This document shows positions 48,901 to 62,600 of a DNA stretch of 64,000 nt, piece by piece. A program made the translations under genes and the position numbers. The first letter of the stretch is position 1; every line of letters starts with the position of its first letter. This DNA is from Hydrolagus colliei (taxonomy: Eukaryota), in assembly GCA_035084275.1 (NCBI GenBank), contig CM068759.1, forward strand, positions 3,286,001 through 3,350,000. The letters are read 5' to 3'. The notes under the pieces are model-generated. The model worked only from the letters and a program-made list of their open reading frames with translations. It was not told where the DNA came from and made no database searches.

Positions 48901-49149
48901 TGACATTTCACAAGAACCATGGGGTGTAAATGCTCTGTTTTGGAAAGGAATACAAAGTACCAAGGAGCTGGTGAGTATGATGAGTAACACCTTGGTCTCT
49001 TCGAAAATGTCAGATTTAATAGCAGAAGAAAATGTCCTTAAAATCAGGAATGATATTTTTTCTAAAAAAAAAGGGAAAAGGTGAGATTTTTTCCCAAACA
49101 AAACATTTTGCCAGGTCATAGAAAATTGAGGCTATGGGGAGGGGTGATT

Positions 49150-49325
49150 CCTTGTCTATAATCAGACGGGTCTTGAAGGAGGCAAAGTGGAGGGACAGTG
49201 GGATGGAATTCCAGAGGGTAGGGGCAGAGTGGCTGAAGGCTCACTCTCCAATGATGAGGCGGGCAAGGCGGGGGATGTAAAGCAGGCCACAGCCCGCTGA
49301 GCGGAGGGAGAGGACAGGTTGTTGG
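49150..49325 (-). mobile_element. L2 fragment
   Basis: gggatggaattccagagggtaggggcagag..gctgaaggc matches 22010-22100. Confidence 0.85.
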
Positions 49326-50899
49326 GGGGACCACAGCACCTGTGTCAGCATTAATTGTCAACTGCACATAGTCAACCTAAATGTATTCTGCAGGTACCAC
49401 AACTAACCATCAATTGTTCCTATATATCTGCAATAAAGAAGTGAAAAAGGTATCAACATTAACTTAACAACACAATCACTTTTTATTATAAGGAAACAGC
49501 GTTTGGAATGTCCTGCCGTGACAGGCAACAATGACCATATGCACCCCCTTCTCATGCGTGAGAAGCAGACAGCACCATTATTACTAATATGGATATAAGT
49601 GAGCTTTTATATGCTTTTGAGGCAGGGCTAGCTTTTTCATTACGTCCCATTCCACCACTCCGTGTCTCTCAATTTAAGAGAGACATCTCCGCTTGAAAAC
49701 CACTTTGTGGTGCATCAAGGGTGGCCTCACCACTTTGCAATTCAATGCGTTGTATTAGTATATGAAATGAAAGAACGAAAAGTTTAGGCAAGGCATTAGA
49801 TGCTGCTCATGCCAATCAACACACCCCCAATCGCTCCAACATTATTGAGAAAGCCTATTTTAATTCAATCTCATTATTAATCCAACAAAGATATCATCTG
49901 GCATAGCAGAAATTATTAAACTGCATGGCCTAGGCTGCTTTAATATCCCCTCATATCTTACATGAAATTTATTTGATCACAGCACGCAGGCACCATCTGG
50001 AATGTCCCACTGCTCTAGATTAAGGTTACATATTCTAAGCAGGTAGAGCGACAGTCAGTGCATATTTAACTAACTTGTCACTTAGCGAGTTTAAATGTCA
50101 AGTTCTGGGAACTTAGATTCGGACTTGCATTGAAAGAATTTTAATCGTGCCAACATACAGTGCTGCTCTTTATTGGTGCTGCAGCCTCTCATGCAGATTT
50201 CACCAGCTTCAGCCCTACCCCTTGGTGAGAAGAATGTCTTTCACCCAGGCCGTTCATCTTGAGTGTTTCTCTTCCTCACTGTGCAAACTGAATGTTTAAT
50301 CTGAGGCTCAATTAATCTTGCAAATTTAGCTATTTGATAAAACAATGAACTGTGCACAGGGTTTATTTAATGTACGTTTATTTACTCCCACCAGGAACCA
50401 TTATGTCAGGTTTGGAAAACCAGTGCATTACGTATAGTGATATTCCGGTTTATCCCCAGGAATCAATAGCTGCTGCCTTCATCCTACCGATTGTATATTA
50501 CAAGGATTATCACAGATTATTGCTGCATTACGATGCACTTGAAATGTCGTCATTGCAAAACCTTTTATATTAATTGATGAGAACCTTGAGGCGGAAACTA
50601 AGTTTCCACAAAATCAGTTTCTTAAATAGACGGACATTAACCACTAGCTTGGATCTTCTGGTCAAAACACTTAACGCAATTCTTGGGTTCAGTGGCATAA
50701 ATTTGTGCGCCTCACTGAAATGAAAGTCTTTAAAAACATTAGTGGAAGTCTGTAATTAAAAAAAACATCTAAGATCATAATCATGATGAGGTTTCTTCTA
50801 CGATATCAGAGTTATAACAAATGTCAATGTGACGAGACTTGAATGAGAGACGTTATTAGCTTCAGGTGACGAGTAAATGTATCCATTTATATACAGGTA

Positions 50900-51020
50900 T
50901 CAGGAGCACAAGGTTATGATGTCTTTATGAAGCATGATTGGATTGCAGCACTGCATACAGTGGACAATCCATACAAGAATGATTAATGCATGAACAATGT
51001 CCACTCAAGCAGTAGATCAG
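50900..51020 (+). mobile_element. Highly degraded CR1 ORF2 remnant
   Basis: gttatg..tctttat...gcagcactgcatacag...ccatacaagaatgattaatgca resembles 'V.L.LY...LEYC.Q.W.P...KDI.A'. Confidence 0.35.
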
Positions 51021-51759
51021 TAATAAAGATATTAATTTGCCTGCAAACATTAAAGTACGCGCACTAAGATGGATGGAGAACCACTACAAAAGCACGGTCG
51101 TCGAATGCAGTGCATTAAATTCATTTATTACAATGAATAAATAGCTTAATGATATTTGGAACGTTGAGAAGGCTCCGAGCATATGGATGATGTTTCGATG
51201 CGCGCAATCATCTTAGATGAACCTGAATTATGCAATTGCAATATTTGAAAGCACCGTAATTTCTGGCAGTGTTGAATACAATTTATTTTCCCGAGAATTT
51301 TTTTGGAAAAAAAATGCAAATTTGACCATAATTTGTTGCTGCGGAATTTTAAAACAAATAAATTGTTACGCAATACTTCCCCCCCCCCCCCCCCCCTAGA
51401 AAAACACACAATAAAACCTCTGTCAGAAAGCGCACGCACACATACGTATAAACACACACTCTCACACACAAAATGTCATGTCAAAGTCTTGTTGTACATT
51501 ACCAGATAAATTGGTCTGAGTAGCTAAACGTCAAATATTCTGTACAATAAACAATTTCAAGCCAAACGCTCAGCTCATTGCTGGCATATACAGATCGACG
51601 TAAACAGTATGTCTGATAATAATTCTTAATAATCCTTGCATTTTTGATAGCGGGAGGGTGTCTAAAAGCACTTTACAAAATTATGTGCAATGTGCAGTAA
51701 CTGGAATTTGTAAATGAACAGCCGATTTCCACACAGCAAACAATTTCAATATTTTTCGG

Positions 51760-52030
51760 GTCCTGTAGCACAGTGGTCAGGCAGAGTGAAACCTTGGGCA
51801 AGTTTTCTTACCCCACATGCCTGATAATAATCCTCCAAGAAAACAATAAGAAATTGGTCATTTTTCAATCGCGACTATTTGTGGGACGCTGCTGTGCGCA
51901 AATCGGCTCCTGTGTTTCGCCCACAAGTAAACAGTCAATTCACTTTATTGGAATATATTCCGTGAAGCAAGCGCTTTGAGATGTCTCAAAGACATGAAAA
52001 GCGCTATATCAAATGCAGGGATTATTATTA
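51760..52030 (+). mobile_element. SINE with a deletion in the tRNA head
   Basis: gtcctgtagcacagtggtc joined directly to gaaaccttgggcaag; complete tail. Confidence 0.9.
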
Positions 52031-52937
52031 GTATCTGGTCAATAGGATTTACAGTATTTGCTGCTTAAGGTCAACATCTGCATTGTGCCAAGTACTGTAT
52101 TCAGATTCAGACCCAGGTTTACAAACAAAATAATTCAGTATTTTGGAATCACTTGGAGAACAAAATCTACTGCATGGAGAAACCAATTGATGTTCACAAC
52201 CTGAGGCCTTTTTTCAGATCGTTTCCAATGCTGCTTAGGTTTTGCTGAATTCCAACCGAAAATTACCTCCATTTTAGTATCTTAAGAGACTTTAGCCATC
52301 TCAAAAGTTATTCAGTTTACAGAAACTATACATTGCCATAGCTACATGTCTATGTACAAAAGTAGTAACAGAATGACTTTGATTACTGATATTTTTTTTT
52401 AGCTAAAATGTGTCTCGAAAGCCTTTGATATCCAATCCATTAATCTCCAAGGAACTGAGTGGCTAATCAAATCAGATGATACTTTCAGAATTCCAATTGA
52501 AACGTCTACACAGATTCAAAACAGATCGCAATTTTCATTTTTAAAAAAAGGGCCTTCTGTATTTGAGCCTTTATTTCAGTGTCCGTGGACACAGGCTAAC
52601 GTTTCCAGCGGACAGGGATAATTCAAAGGGTCAGAATCCTTCGTGTTAGAAGTCACAGAAAAGCTCAACTGTTGTCCAGACAACTTCAGTTAGTAGCTGC
52701 CGGCATTCTTTAAAACAAAGAAGCTTAGGCAGCTGGAGCATTGTGTGTTGTATGATAATCTTATGATGGTAGATGATGGCAAACACTTTTAACTAAAAAT
52801 TTAATGATAGTTTTGTTACATACGTTGAGATTTAAGATGACTACTCAAAATAAATGACTTTGTATTAGCGTGATCTCCGGGTATCGTGTGCAGTATATGA
52901 TGGAATAGTTTCTGAAGATAAATCCCAACCCCTAATC

Positions 52938-53010
52938 AGCGTCTTGGGACGTCCTCCCGATGTGACGTGAAGGGCGATCATTAAATGTAATTTTGTTGTT
53001 GTTATTGTTA
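52938..53010 (+). mobile_element. L2 tail only
   Basis: agcgtcttgggacgtcctcccgatgtg...gtgaagggcg..aaatgtaattttgttgttg. Confidence 0.85.
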
Positions 53011-54229
53011 TTATAGGGATGGTTCCAATATAAACATCCAAATCTCGATCCAACTCACTTCTGGTCTAGTACAGGTCCACAATAAACCTGTGCAAAACTG
53101 GAGCACATTTTACTGGGGTGGGGTGGGGGTGGGGTGTGCCCTGCACTTTGCAACCAATTAAATCTGTGAAGGCAATGATTTGGGACTTCTTAATTATCGG
53201 TGGCAAATTCAAATGTCTTGTGGGATTTTTTTTTGTTGCTGTCATTTAAGCACAAGTTCACTTTTATATTACTGGTACAAATTGGGAGCTCAAGCAACAT
53301 GCCTCCGAGTCTCAACAGCCAAATATGCTTCAGTCTTGACTTGGTCAAAGCCACAAAAAAAACCTAAAAATGAAAAACAAGTCAGCTCCACTCCAGAGAT
53401 AGCAAATATCAGTCTGCTGAGCAAACCCCTTCACTTGTGTATTCCTGCCAAGGTCTCTATCGTAAATCTAAAGTTGTGAGTAGAGTAGATGCCCTTTTTT
53501 CTTTGATCAGAACCTGCTCAAGATGTTGTGGAAAAAGTTCTCACATTAGCGCTGCTCCATAAAAGATCACGAGCTCAATAAAAATGCACAGTATATGACC
53601 ACTGACCTATTCAATTATCTTACATCATTTTCTACTAGCGTTTTGGATGCAAGCAGAATTTAACAATTTCTCTGGTTGCCACTGTCATTTTGAATTCGAC
53701 TGCAGTATATCAGCTTGTATCATATACAATCTGCTGCCAAATAACAACTTTCCCATTATTTGCAGTGCAGGAGAATCAATAAGCACATGACCTCTGGGTT
53801 TAGTTTGTTACACAAAAGCTGTGTTGAGACAGTGAGCTATTCAAATCAGGTTTTGAATTAGCTGAGTTTTACACAAATTTGAATTCATTTGTGCACACTG
53901 CAGAGGCAAGGTTCCGTACACTGGCTTCATTTGAATCATTTCTTTCCCAAACCTCATCCAATTTGAATTGATTCAAATAGTGATCGAGATAGAGAGAGGG
54001 AGAGAGAATCCAATTGTTCTCTATTGGCACAATGTCAAATAGATATACAGTACATTTAAAATATATATATATACGCGGAAAGGGGTACATTGCCTTAGCT
54101 GACTTAAGCCATCATTTTCATAACTAATAGCAAACGTACTGTACAGCCATTAATTAAATGCAAATACGGTGGCAGGGACTCAACATTGGACATTCGCCCA
54201 TTTTTGCAATGTCATCAGTAACATTGTGC

Positions 54230-54650
54230 TCGTTTATAATTGTGCCCCACCATCATTAACACGGTGACCAATTCTGAGCAAAGCTGCCAATAAGCTCTGA
54301 AAAAGAACAAAGTTCCCTTCAGAAGCTTTGTTCAAGCTCCAGTTGTATCTGCTGTTGGGAACATGTTTTGGATGCCAACCGTACAATTAATTTTGCTTGG
54401 TTTGTTAATGACAGAACATCCCACATAAGGTTTATTGGGCAGTAAGAAATCCTATAAAGAACAAAAATGTAGCAGAATGGGCACTGGGGGTGGTTGGAAT
54501 AACTTTTGACAGAAATGACAAGCGACAGAATTGAATTCAGCACGAAGCCCCAAATACTTCCAAGTCTGTCTGCCCAACTGTTTTCCAGTGTTACAGTTGA
54601 GCTCAAGCAAGATTGGCTAAGGTCACATCACATGCCAGTATTAAGCTTAA
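54230..54650 (-). mobile_element. Ancient non-LTR RT fossil (domains 5-7)
   Basis: LILACDVTL (FADD-like, ~54630), then IWGFVLN and VLYRISY...NLMWD at plausible spacing. Confidence 0.3.
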
Positions 54651-54995
54651 TAAAGTGCTATACTTCGAAACTCCAGCCATTCTTTCTCCTTTCCCCATCC
54701 AAATTTTAAAAAAAGCATATTGGTGTAGGATGGGCAACTTTTGATTGATTAACAGCAACGATTAAAGTGTTTGTTTGAATTGTTCTCTGCCAGGCTACAG
54801 CCTGGGAAACAATGTACAATATGACACATTGAGCGCAAATCACGAGTTTGGCATTTGAAATGTATTCTGAATTCTGCTCAAACAACAGGTTGCCACTGAA
54901 AACACAACTCACCAGATGTTCTCCTAAATCAAATCTGTGGATTTCAGCTGTAAGACTGCTGGACTTCATGTCATCCGATTCAGGGATTTTGGAAT

Positions 54996-55050
54996 ACAAC
55001 AACAACAAAATTACATTTATAGAGCACCTTTCACTTTGGCAGGATGTCAC
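54996..55050 (-). mobile_element. L2 tail only
   Basis: (CAA)n aattacatttatagagcacctttcac..caggatgtc. Confidence 0.8.
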
Positions 55051-56189
55051 ATAATACATTATATATAGAAGGGACTGAAAACAATTACCAGGGAGGTCTA
55101 AATGTGTTTGCTGAATTCTCAGAATTCAGTAGGTACAACATTTTGCAGATCGGAAAATTGTACTCCATTTAACAGGGTTAACAATGCGATTGAAAGAGTC
55201 TTTTGTGAGCTGAAATAGTCACAATGGCCAGTAATGAACAGGTAACCAAACAGGTAAACTGACACGAGATGTTACTAGCTGCAGAAATCAACCCTCCATT
55301 TCGGAGTTAATTAGTTTTAGAATGCATAGAGCTACAATTTCACTTAACCTCGACCTCCTGTGAATTTGAAGCTTTTCTCTTTAGTTGATAGGCTAAGAAC
55401 AGGGTCACAGTGGGAGATATTCTTTGTGGAAGAAAATGCCAATGTTCAAAAATATCTCCTCCCAATAGATTCCTTTTTGTCATTACTAAAATGAAACCAC
55501 CGGCCTAATGATTTGTATTATCCCAGGGCAGAATGGGCGGCACAATTTGCTTCACTGCCCCTGGGCGAAGAAAGGTCAATATTTTCACTCTCGTCTACCC
55601 TTTCCAGGTCAATATTAAAGATTTCATGGCACACAAACAAAACAAAAGATTGTATCTCTCAATGTCCTGGTGATGGATCGAATAGTTATACATCTCACAC
55701 ATGTTTGTAGGACCTTGATATTAATATACAACATTTAACAGCAACAACAAAATTGCATTTGTGTAGTAGCGCCTCTCAAGTCACCCCAAGGATGGACATG
55801 TCAATTATAGTGAAACACTTGGTTATTTTGTTGTGATAAGGTATTGTATATACTGTATATAGATCAACATTGATCAAGGTCTTTGACGCGTCTGTGAACA
55901 AGAATTGGCACATTCTGAGAAGCGAATTGGCAGAGAAGCAGAAATCACAATAAATTGATTTGGGTGTGTTAAGTTACAATAAAACGCACAAAGAACAAAA
56001 ATCCATCAGAAGTGCATTGAAAAAGTAACATACAGTAAACCGTCGAACCACAATCAGTGATGGAGTGAGCAACAGATGAGACAACGGTTTCATTCTGAGC
56101 AATTTGTTTTTTCTAAAGCCTTCAATAAGAATGTTGCAGTAGTTAAGTGGAAAATACACAGTCAAAACATTGGTATTCACAGTTTCTTC

Positions 56190-56430
56190 CCACAATTTTC
56201 TCCTCTCTGCTCCTGAAGACCCTGATTCATACTCAAGTATAGTTCTAAGTCACTGTTTGGCATGTATGAGGACAAAACACTGAGTGAGTATTGGCAGGCT
56301 ATGAACTTTCCAACAGAATGACAACTCCCGCGTTAATACACGAGAACACATGCCAACTTCTGCCCCAACGGAGATGGGTGATCTCAGAATACACCGCCGA
56401 TTGAACCTAGGACCTTTGTCTCTCTTTGGT
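56190..56430 (-). mobile_element. Old SINE-like element of a different family
   Basis: Inverted B-box-like gattgaacctaggacct; body unlike the other SINEs in this window. Confidence 0.4.
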
Positions 56431-56577
56431 TCAATTTTGCTCTAGGCAGGGCCTATATCAACTAAGGTAGTCATTGAGAGAGCGAAGAAAACCTTTGTAA
56501 AATGTATTTTTCATTCCCCCCCCACCCCCCACTCATCCCACCTTTATGCTATAGATTGTAAAGTCTTGTAAAGTGAA

Positions 56578-56925
56578 GTCCTATAGCTCAGTGCACTCGC
56601 CTTGCAAATGAGAGACCCAGGTTCGATTCTCGACAGGGCGAAATTTGGGCAAGTTTCCTTACTCCACATGCTTCCATTTACCTAGCAGTAAATAGGAAAC
56701 TGGTTGTTAGTCAATTGTCAAATAGATTTTCCGGGGGTAATAATTTCTTTCCAAAATAAATAAGTCACTAAATTCATGACTGTTTGTGGGACACTGCTGT
56801 GCACAATTGGCTGCAGCGTTTCGCCCACATAATATAGTCAATTCACTTTGTATATTCCGCAAAGCATTTTGAGATGTCACATAGATGTATTAAAGCGCTA
56901 TATCAAATGCAAGGAATATTATTAT
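56578..56925 (+). mobile_element. tRNA-derived SINE, long-body subfamily
   Basis: ggttcgattc B-box; tttacctagcagtaaataggaaactggttgttagtc block as at 26597. Confidence 0.92.
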
Positions 56926-58721
56926 GATTGACAAGCGTTTTAAGTCCTTTCTGTTCCTGTGACTCCAGTGTCAAAATGCCACTTGCAAATCTGGCATGGC
57001 ATTTTTAAAACACAAGAATAGTTTCCAAGACTACCTCCAGCAAATTATGCAGACAATTATTAAAATCTTTTATTTCATATGTGATTGATGGAAAAGTGTC
57101 CTGAAGTATGATATCTCAGAAGCAACTAAACAGAAATTATTGAATGTGTAATCTGATAGTTTGTAGGACAGAATCGTTCGCCGCTCAACCTATTTGCATT
57201 AATTTGTCTATCAATATTGCTTATTGTCCCATCTATAATTCTTTCTCTAACACATCTTTGTGAGGAAGAGTTCCTCCATACACTCGCACACACATGTGTG
57301 TGGGTATATAGTTTATGTTAGTGTGTCAACGCAGACATTCTAAAAGTAACATCAAGCATTTCCTTCATAAAAGTAGGCAACGGTTTGCTCAGCAAATATT
57401 GCCTGTTGTGTGTGCCTGTGTAGAATTTTGCTGTGCTTGTGGAAGTGGGGAAGTTTTTGGAGCATGGCAGATTAAATAGGAAGGAAGAAACGAACCTGAA
57501 AATTCAGGAAATGAATGAACTGACCTGAACGATCAGGAATTGTCCGTGAAAAATCAAAACAAATTGGAAGACATCGGGATTGATTCTGTACCAGTGACCT
57601 GTAGCGCAATGAAATGATCTTAGAAATGAAAGGAAACCCATTAGGATGATTTGGGTTTACTTTGTATCTGCAAAACAGACAAATCACATCTCAATTTTGA
57701 ACTGATTTTTAAAAAAATAGTTGGCTGATAACTGGTTTCCTCCTTGGATGTGCACATTAACATTACATAGGTTTTTATTTGTTGGGGGGGTGGGGGAGAA
57801 AAAAAGTGTAGAAATATAGAGACAGAATGAGACAGACACGAAGAGAATTAGCATTCTTTGTCTACATACCCGCAAAGCACCTTCCAGATATGCTACACAC
57901 CTTATTCTATACACCTTATTTAACACTTACTAGTGAAACATTTATGGTTTTACTTAATCATAGCATCCTCGAGGAAAAGGCTTCATAAATACAAATCCTT
58001 CTTTCGATTCTGAATGCACTCATTACAACTATTACAATTATACAAATGTCTACAATGAGTTGTATTGACCACTCTCTTCCGACCAACCAATAGTACAATA
58101 TAAGCAAAATGTGCGATCCCAGTTATGAAACACAGTGAAGTATTCTAAATGAATTTGCAAGGGTATAATCTGAAATGACTCCCTCCTGACAAGATTTTTG
58201 CAGAGCTGCTTAATGTACTGCCTTATTCCTTAATCATTAATTTCTAACAGAAAGTCCACTGCCGTGTTGTTTAATAGGAGTTTAAAGTGAATGTATTTTT
58301 AGGAGGCAATTTAAAGAAAGGTTAAACGATAATGTTTTCAGAATGAATAGAAACACATTCAGTTTCAATTGTAGGTGGCCTCAGGAAATGCTATCAACTT
58401 ACCAGTTTAAGTCCAGTTCCTTTTAGCCGATAGATTGATCAATAGATCGATAGATACACAAATGCCCCATCTTTGCAGATACCTGTGCATAAAATTGTGC
58501 TTGAAGTATCAAAAACTTTATGGTGCTTCCAATATTAATGTTTCTCTCTAGCATTAGTGGCCTGAAAGCATAGCAGCACTGCTATTTAAAAACAATGAGA
58601 TGTAAATTTAATCGTGTTGGAGAGCGCAACGAGTTTAACAAAATAAAAAAATCCATCAAAACTTCACAGGTATTAAGGGAGTTTTGGGGGTATATATGTA
58701 TAGGAACCTGCTCTTAAATAT

Positions 58722-58860
58722 GCAACAACAACAACACCAACAACAAAATGACATTTATAGAGCATTTTACACATCGGAAGGATGTCCCAAGGTGCTGAGT
58801 TCTGGATGATCTGCAGCTTGTGAAGAGTTGAGAAGGCCGAAGAAGGTGACGACAGTTCCA
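58722..58860 (-). mobile_element. Internally deleted L2
   Basis: STLHKLQIIQNSA fused directly to the 3' tail (PWDILP); about 460 nt missing relative to the 21775 copy. Confidence 0.75.
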
Positions 58861-60249
58861 AACCAGCAAAAACATCAAGCGAATGAAGCTGAAGACACCT
58901 CCGTGAAGAATGGGCTTGTTTTTTGGTATATTGTAGAGCCTGTTAATACAGTTACTGATGGGTGCACTTTACTGCCCATTTTAGTGACAGAGTGTTCTTT
59001 CCACAGATTTTAGTATCGAAACCATAAGCTTTTGAACCCCACTCTGGGCCATTTAGCAGCCACTTTACCGTTTTACAAACAGATTTACCAATTATGTTTC
59101 AACGTTCTTACTGTGCCGTGTCCGATCCTGAATAGGACGATAACTGGATAAACTGGATGCTCAAATCTCTCCAGTGGAGGAAGGAAATCAGTAAACCAGT
59201 CACATCGGAGTGAAGCAGTATTTTCCTTGCTGGATGATCAATACAGCGTCAGCTAATCCCTACTTGTTGCACTGTTGAAAATCCCGCACTTCTTCCTCTG
59301 CACTGATGCTCGCTGCAGGCACTCAGATTACACATATTAGTGGACTTACCTTGAGAAATATTTCGACCCCTTAGTGCCCCGTTTATTCTCAGCAGATACT
59401 TCAAGCGGTCAAGAGACAGAAAAGCCACAGCTCAAACCATCGCATCAACACATTGCACACATATATATTGTATATACAATACATAGTGCCCTTCACATAC
59501 AGTAATGTCTCAGAGTGCTTAACAATATTAAACAAAGGAGGCACAACGTGTCAGTGTTCCTGCCATCAGTGGCATTACATCGAACACAAGGTTTCAATTG
59601 TGTATAATCTAAATTTTGGTCCCACCAAGTTTAGATGGACATTGCAAGTTCCTAGTCTTAAGTTGTACTTTTGAGGGGAAATGCATCAAACTTTACTCCC
59701 TGACTTTCAAGACCACAGGAAAATAAATCTGAGCTACATGGCTATTTTCGTACTCACTCTGATGCAGGCTGATGCGAGCACGATGAAAACTGCAGAGGTC
59801 CAAAAATCGAAATATCCAACAAAGATATGATCAATAGGAGATGGTTAAAGAGATTTTCAGCACAAAGCATGATCCATCTCGCTGATCAAATATTCAGTGA
59901 ACGTTGCTGGCCAAAATCCAAGTAAGGCAGCCTAGGCACAACATCATGTATAATTGAAACAAGACATTTGATTTTAACATTTGGGGAAACTTAAAAAAGT
60001 TTGTTTGTTTAAAAGCAAGGGACACTTTTGATACCACTCAGTAATTTTTTTTAAAAAGGGGATTTAACCAAACTGTAAATGATATTCTACGGTGCAACAA
60101 ATACAGCTGATATTATCCTTTTAAAGAAAAGGTAAAGAACGATTTAGCATTCGTGCCAGTAAAGATGCCCAAACACAAAGTTTCACAGAGGGTTTAGATT
60201 CGCTGTTGACAAATGAAGTTTGCAATCTTAGTTTGCAAACTCTATTAGA

Positions 60250-60480
60250 TCAATGGATGGATGTCATGTGGTAAGATGACTTGACCCAGTGAATGGCTGC
60301 AAATTGCTGTATCCGGATTTTTTTTTGTTCATCATCACTTGAGTAAGCTCCGTATTCTAGTTTGGCGGGTGAGTGGAGTTTCAAGACTGTGTTGAAAGAC
60401 TGGAAGACTGGAACTATGAATGAACTGGCCTGCGTACCCAAAGATACAATAGTTACTATAGCAATGATGGCCTTTATACC
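60250..60480 (-). mobile_element. Ancient CR1-group (Crack/Daphne-like) LINE remnant
   Basis: PAKLEYGAYSSDDEQKK..IQQFAAIHWVKSSYHMTS resembles 'RP.LEYA...WDP.....E.VQRRAAR.V...Y...S'. Confidence 0.45.
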
Positions 60481-61195
60481 ATCCTTATTCCCATTTTCTT
60501 CCTCAAAGATAACATTAGCTTCATTACTTTGCACTGCATAGAGCACAAGGGGTCACCTAGGGAGTTGAAATAAAATTCTTTGTTATGTCAGCACAAAGCA
60601 GCAAATGAAGCATGCAACTTATAGTACTTGACTTGGCGCAGTTTATACTATTAGAAGATAAAGCAATAAAAATTCAGCAGCTTTCCTTCATTAACGTTTC
60701 TGGTCTCCAGTAAAGCAGAACACACAAATTCAATCACATTTATAATCAACTGGTCCCTCCAGATTTCTAAGTATTTTTCTATATTAGATAAGGATGCAAC
60801 AATACACAATGTCTGTCTGTTAAAAATATATTAGTTTTCTTTAATGGGAATGTTTTGCTGTCAGTAACAGCAACCTGGCTTGTACTTTCATTATTGTTTC
60901 AAATCAATGAAGTTTTCAATGGGAATAACCCGATTGTACTCTGAAAGCTTGATATTTTATGAGACGTTAAAATTGGCCAAGGATGGACTGCAATCACGAT
61001 TCAAAGTGATCTCAAGTGAGCCAATATAACCTGAAACAATTTTAAATAAGATAAAGCGTACTGAATTGAATGCGCCATTTACTCCTGAAAATCCTGTCTT
61101 CCCTGTATTTCAAATACTGAAAAAGGTTGGGCAGAATGATATGTCGGGCATTTATATTGCATGTTTCAAACTAAACGTCTGGGAAGTGAGAGACA

Positions 61196-61199
<4 letters not shown>

Positions 61200-61249
<50 letters not shown>
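61200..61249. repeat. (GA)n microsatellite
   Basis: Directly visible. Confidence 0.97.
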
Positions 61250-61250
<1 letters not shown>

Positions 61251-62121
61251 GCTAAGATGGAGATGCATTTTGCTGTTACCAAAGAAACTGATGAAAGTCT
61301 GAAACCAATAGGTCTCTGCCAGGTTCAACTGGTAGCAATCTCGTCTCTGAGTCAAAACGTTGTGAGTTCAGACCTCATGTTACGCCTTTGGGCTCATGGA
61401 CCACACAGATCCAACAATCCAATCACAAAGCCAGGGGAACATGTGCAGTATTGTGGGAGACGCTGTTTGTTTTTCAGATGAAACGCTATAACCACAGTAT
61501 TTTCCTGCTTATTCAGATAGATGTTAAAGTACTATTCAAAAACAGAAGGGATCGTCTCCCAATGTTCTGGCCAACAAGGCTCCAGATAAAATTAATCATT
61601 CACCTAAATGTTGTTTTACAAATCTAATAATCACAGCTAGTGTAGCGACTGTGACATAAGGAGGACTTCCTGGTAGGGCTTCAGAGGATTTATTATAAAG
61701 TGTAGTGATCGCATTTCTGTTGGCAAAAATGTGATCCACTGAAGGCCCGAGGGCAACACAGGGACATGATTTGCAGAAAGCAACCAAATCCGGCAAAGCA
61801 ATTTTAGTCATTATTGGCGTCCCGTTTGTTAACAAACACAGAAACAAGGATGGCCAAAACCTTTAACCTACAAAGACAAAGCCTCTTTAAATAAGAGTCT
61901 CAATTTCGACACGTTCTCAATTCCTAGATCAAATATTTGCTCAGAGAAGGAAGGAAATATGGTGTCACGTAGAAGACACACACTGGGTCTAACTTTATTC
62001 AGTTCCACTTGGTCATTCGAATGGGAAATCTCTTTGTAGAAGCAGAGCAGCAAAGACTGTTCTTTTCTGTGATCAATCATTTAAACCCTTGTAAGTAAAA
62101 GGCAGAGCACACCAAAATGAT

Positions 62122-62250
62122 AAATATCCTTGCCTTCGATGCAGTGCTTTTCATGTCTTCTAAGCGCCTCACAGAATATGTCGTACAACAACAACTTTGA
62201 TTTATATAGCGGCCTCCACGCCGGATGGCGTCTCAGAGCGCTTCACAATA
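62122..62250 (-). mobile_element. SINE tail (62122-62180) plus second-variant L2 tail (62185-62250)
   Basis: atccttgcc...gcgcctcacagaata; acaacaactttgatttatatagcggcctccacgccggatggcgtctcagagcgctt. Confidence 0.8.
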
Positions 62251-62552
62251 GCGGATCCCAGGAAGTGAATTGACAGTGGGCATTCTTGAGAAGTACAGAA
62301 AGTCTGGTGTGCAGAGGCAAATATATAAAATGGAAAATGCCATTTGCCTGTTGCTTCCACAAGGCATTGAAAATCTTTCCCGTTGTGAACGTTCCCTATC
62401 TAGTAAATCTTCTGGGGCCACGCTCTGCATAAACACTTCCTAGTCAACGTCAGCAAGTAAAACGCTAGAACATTTTTCACTGAGGATTCCTGCGCAAACT
62501 AAATATGAGATCTTCCAGGTTTGTAAGCGAGTGGAAAAGCCCCTGGCTGTCC

Positions 62553-62600
62553 AGCGCCCTGGGACGTCTGTCTGACGTGAATAGAATAGCAATTTGTTGT
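62553..62600 (+). mobile_element. L2 tail only
   Basis: cagcgccctgggacgtctgtctgacgtga...aatttgttg. Confidence 0.7.

Noticed and set aside
59350-59400. Minus-strand AAG|gtaagt donor with a short upstream exon
   Set aside because: Weak acceptor and no recognisable peptide.
61066-61481. ER-repeat ORFs
   Set aside because: They are translations of the (GA)n microsatellite.
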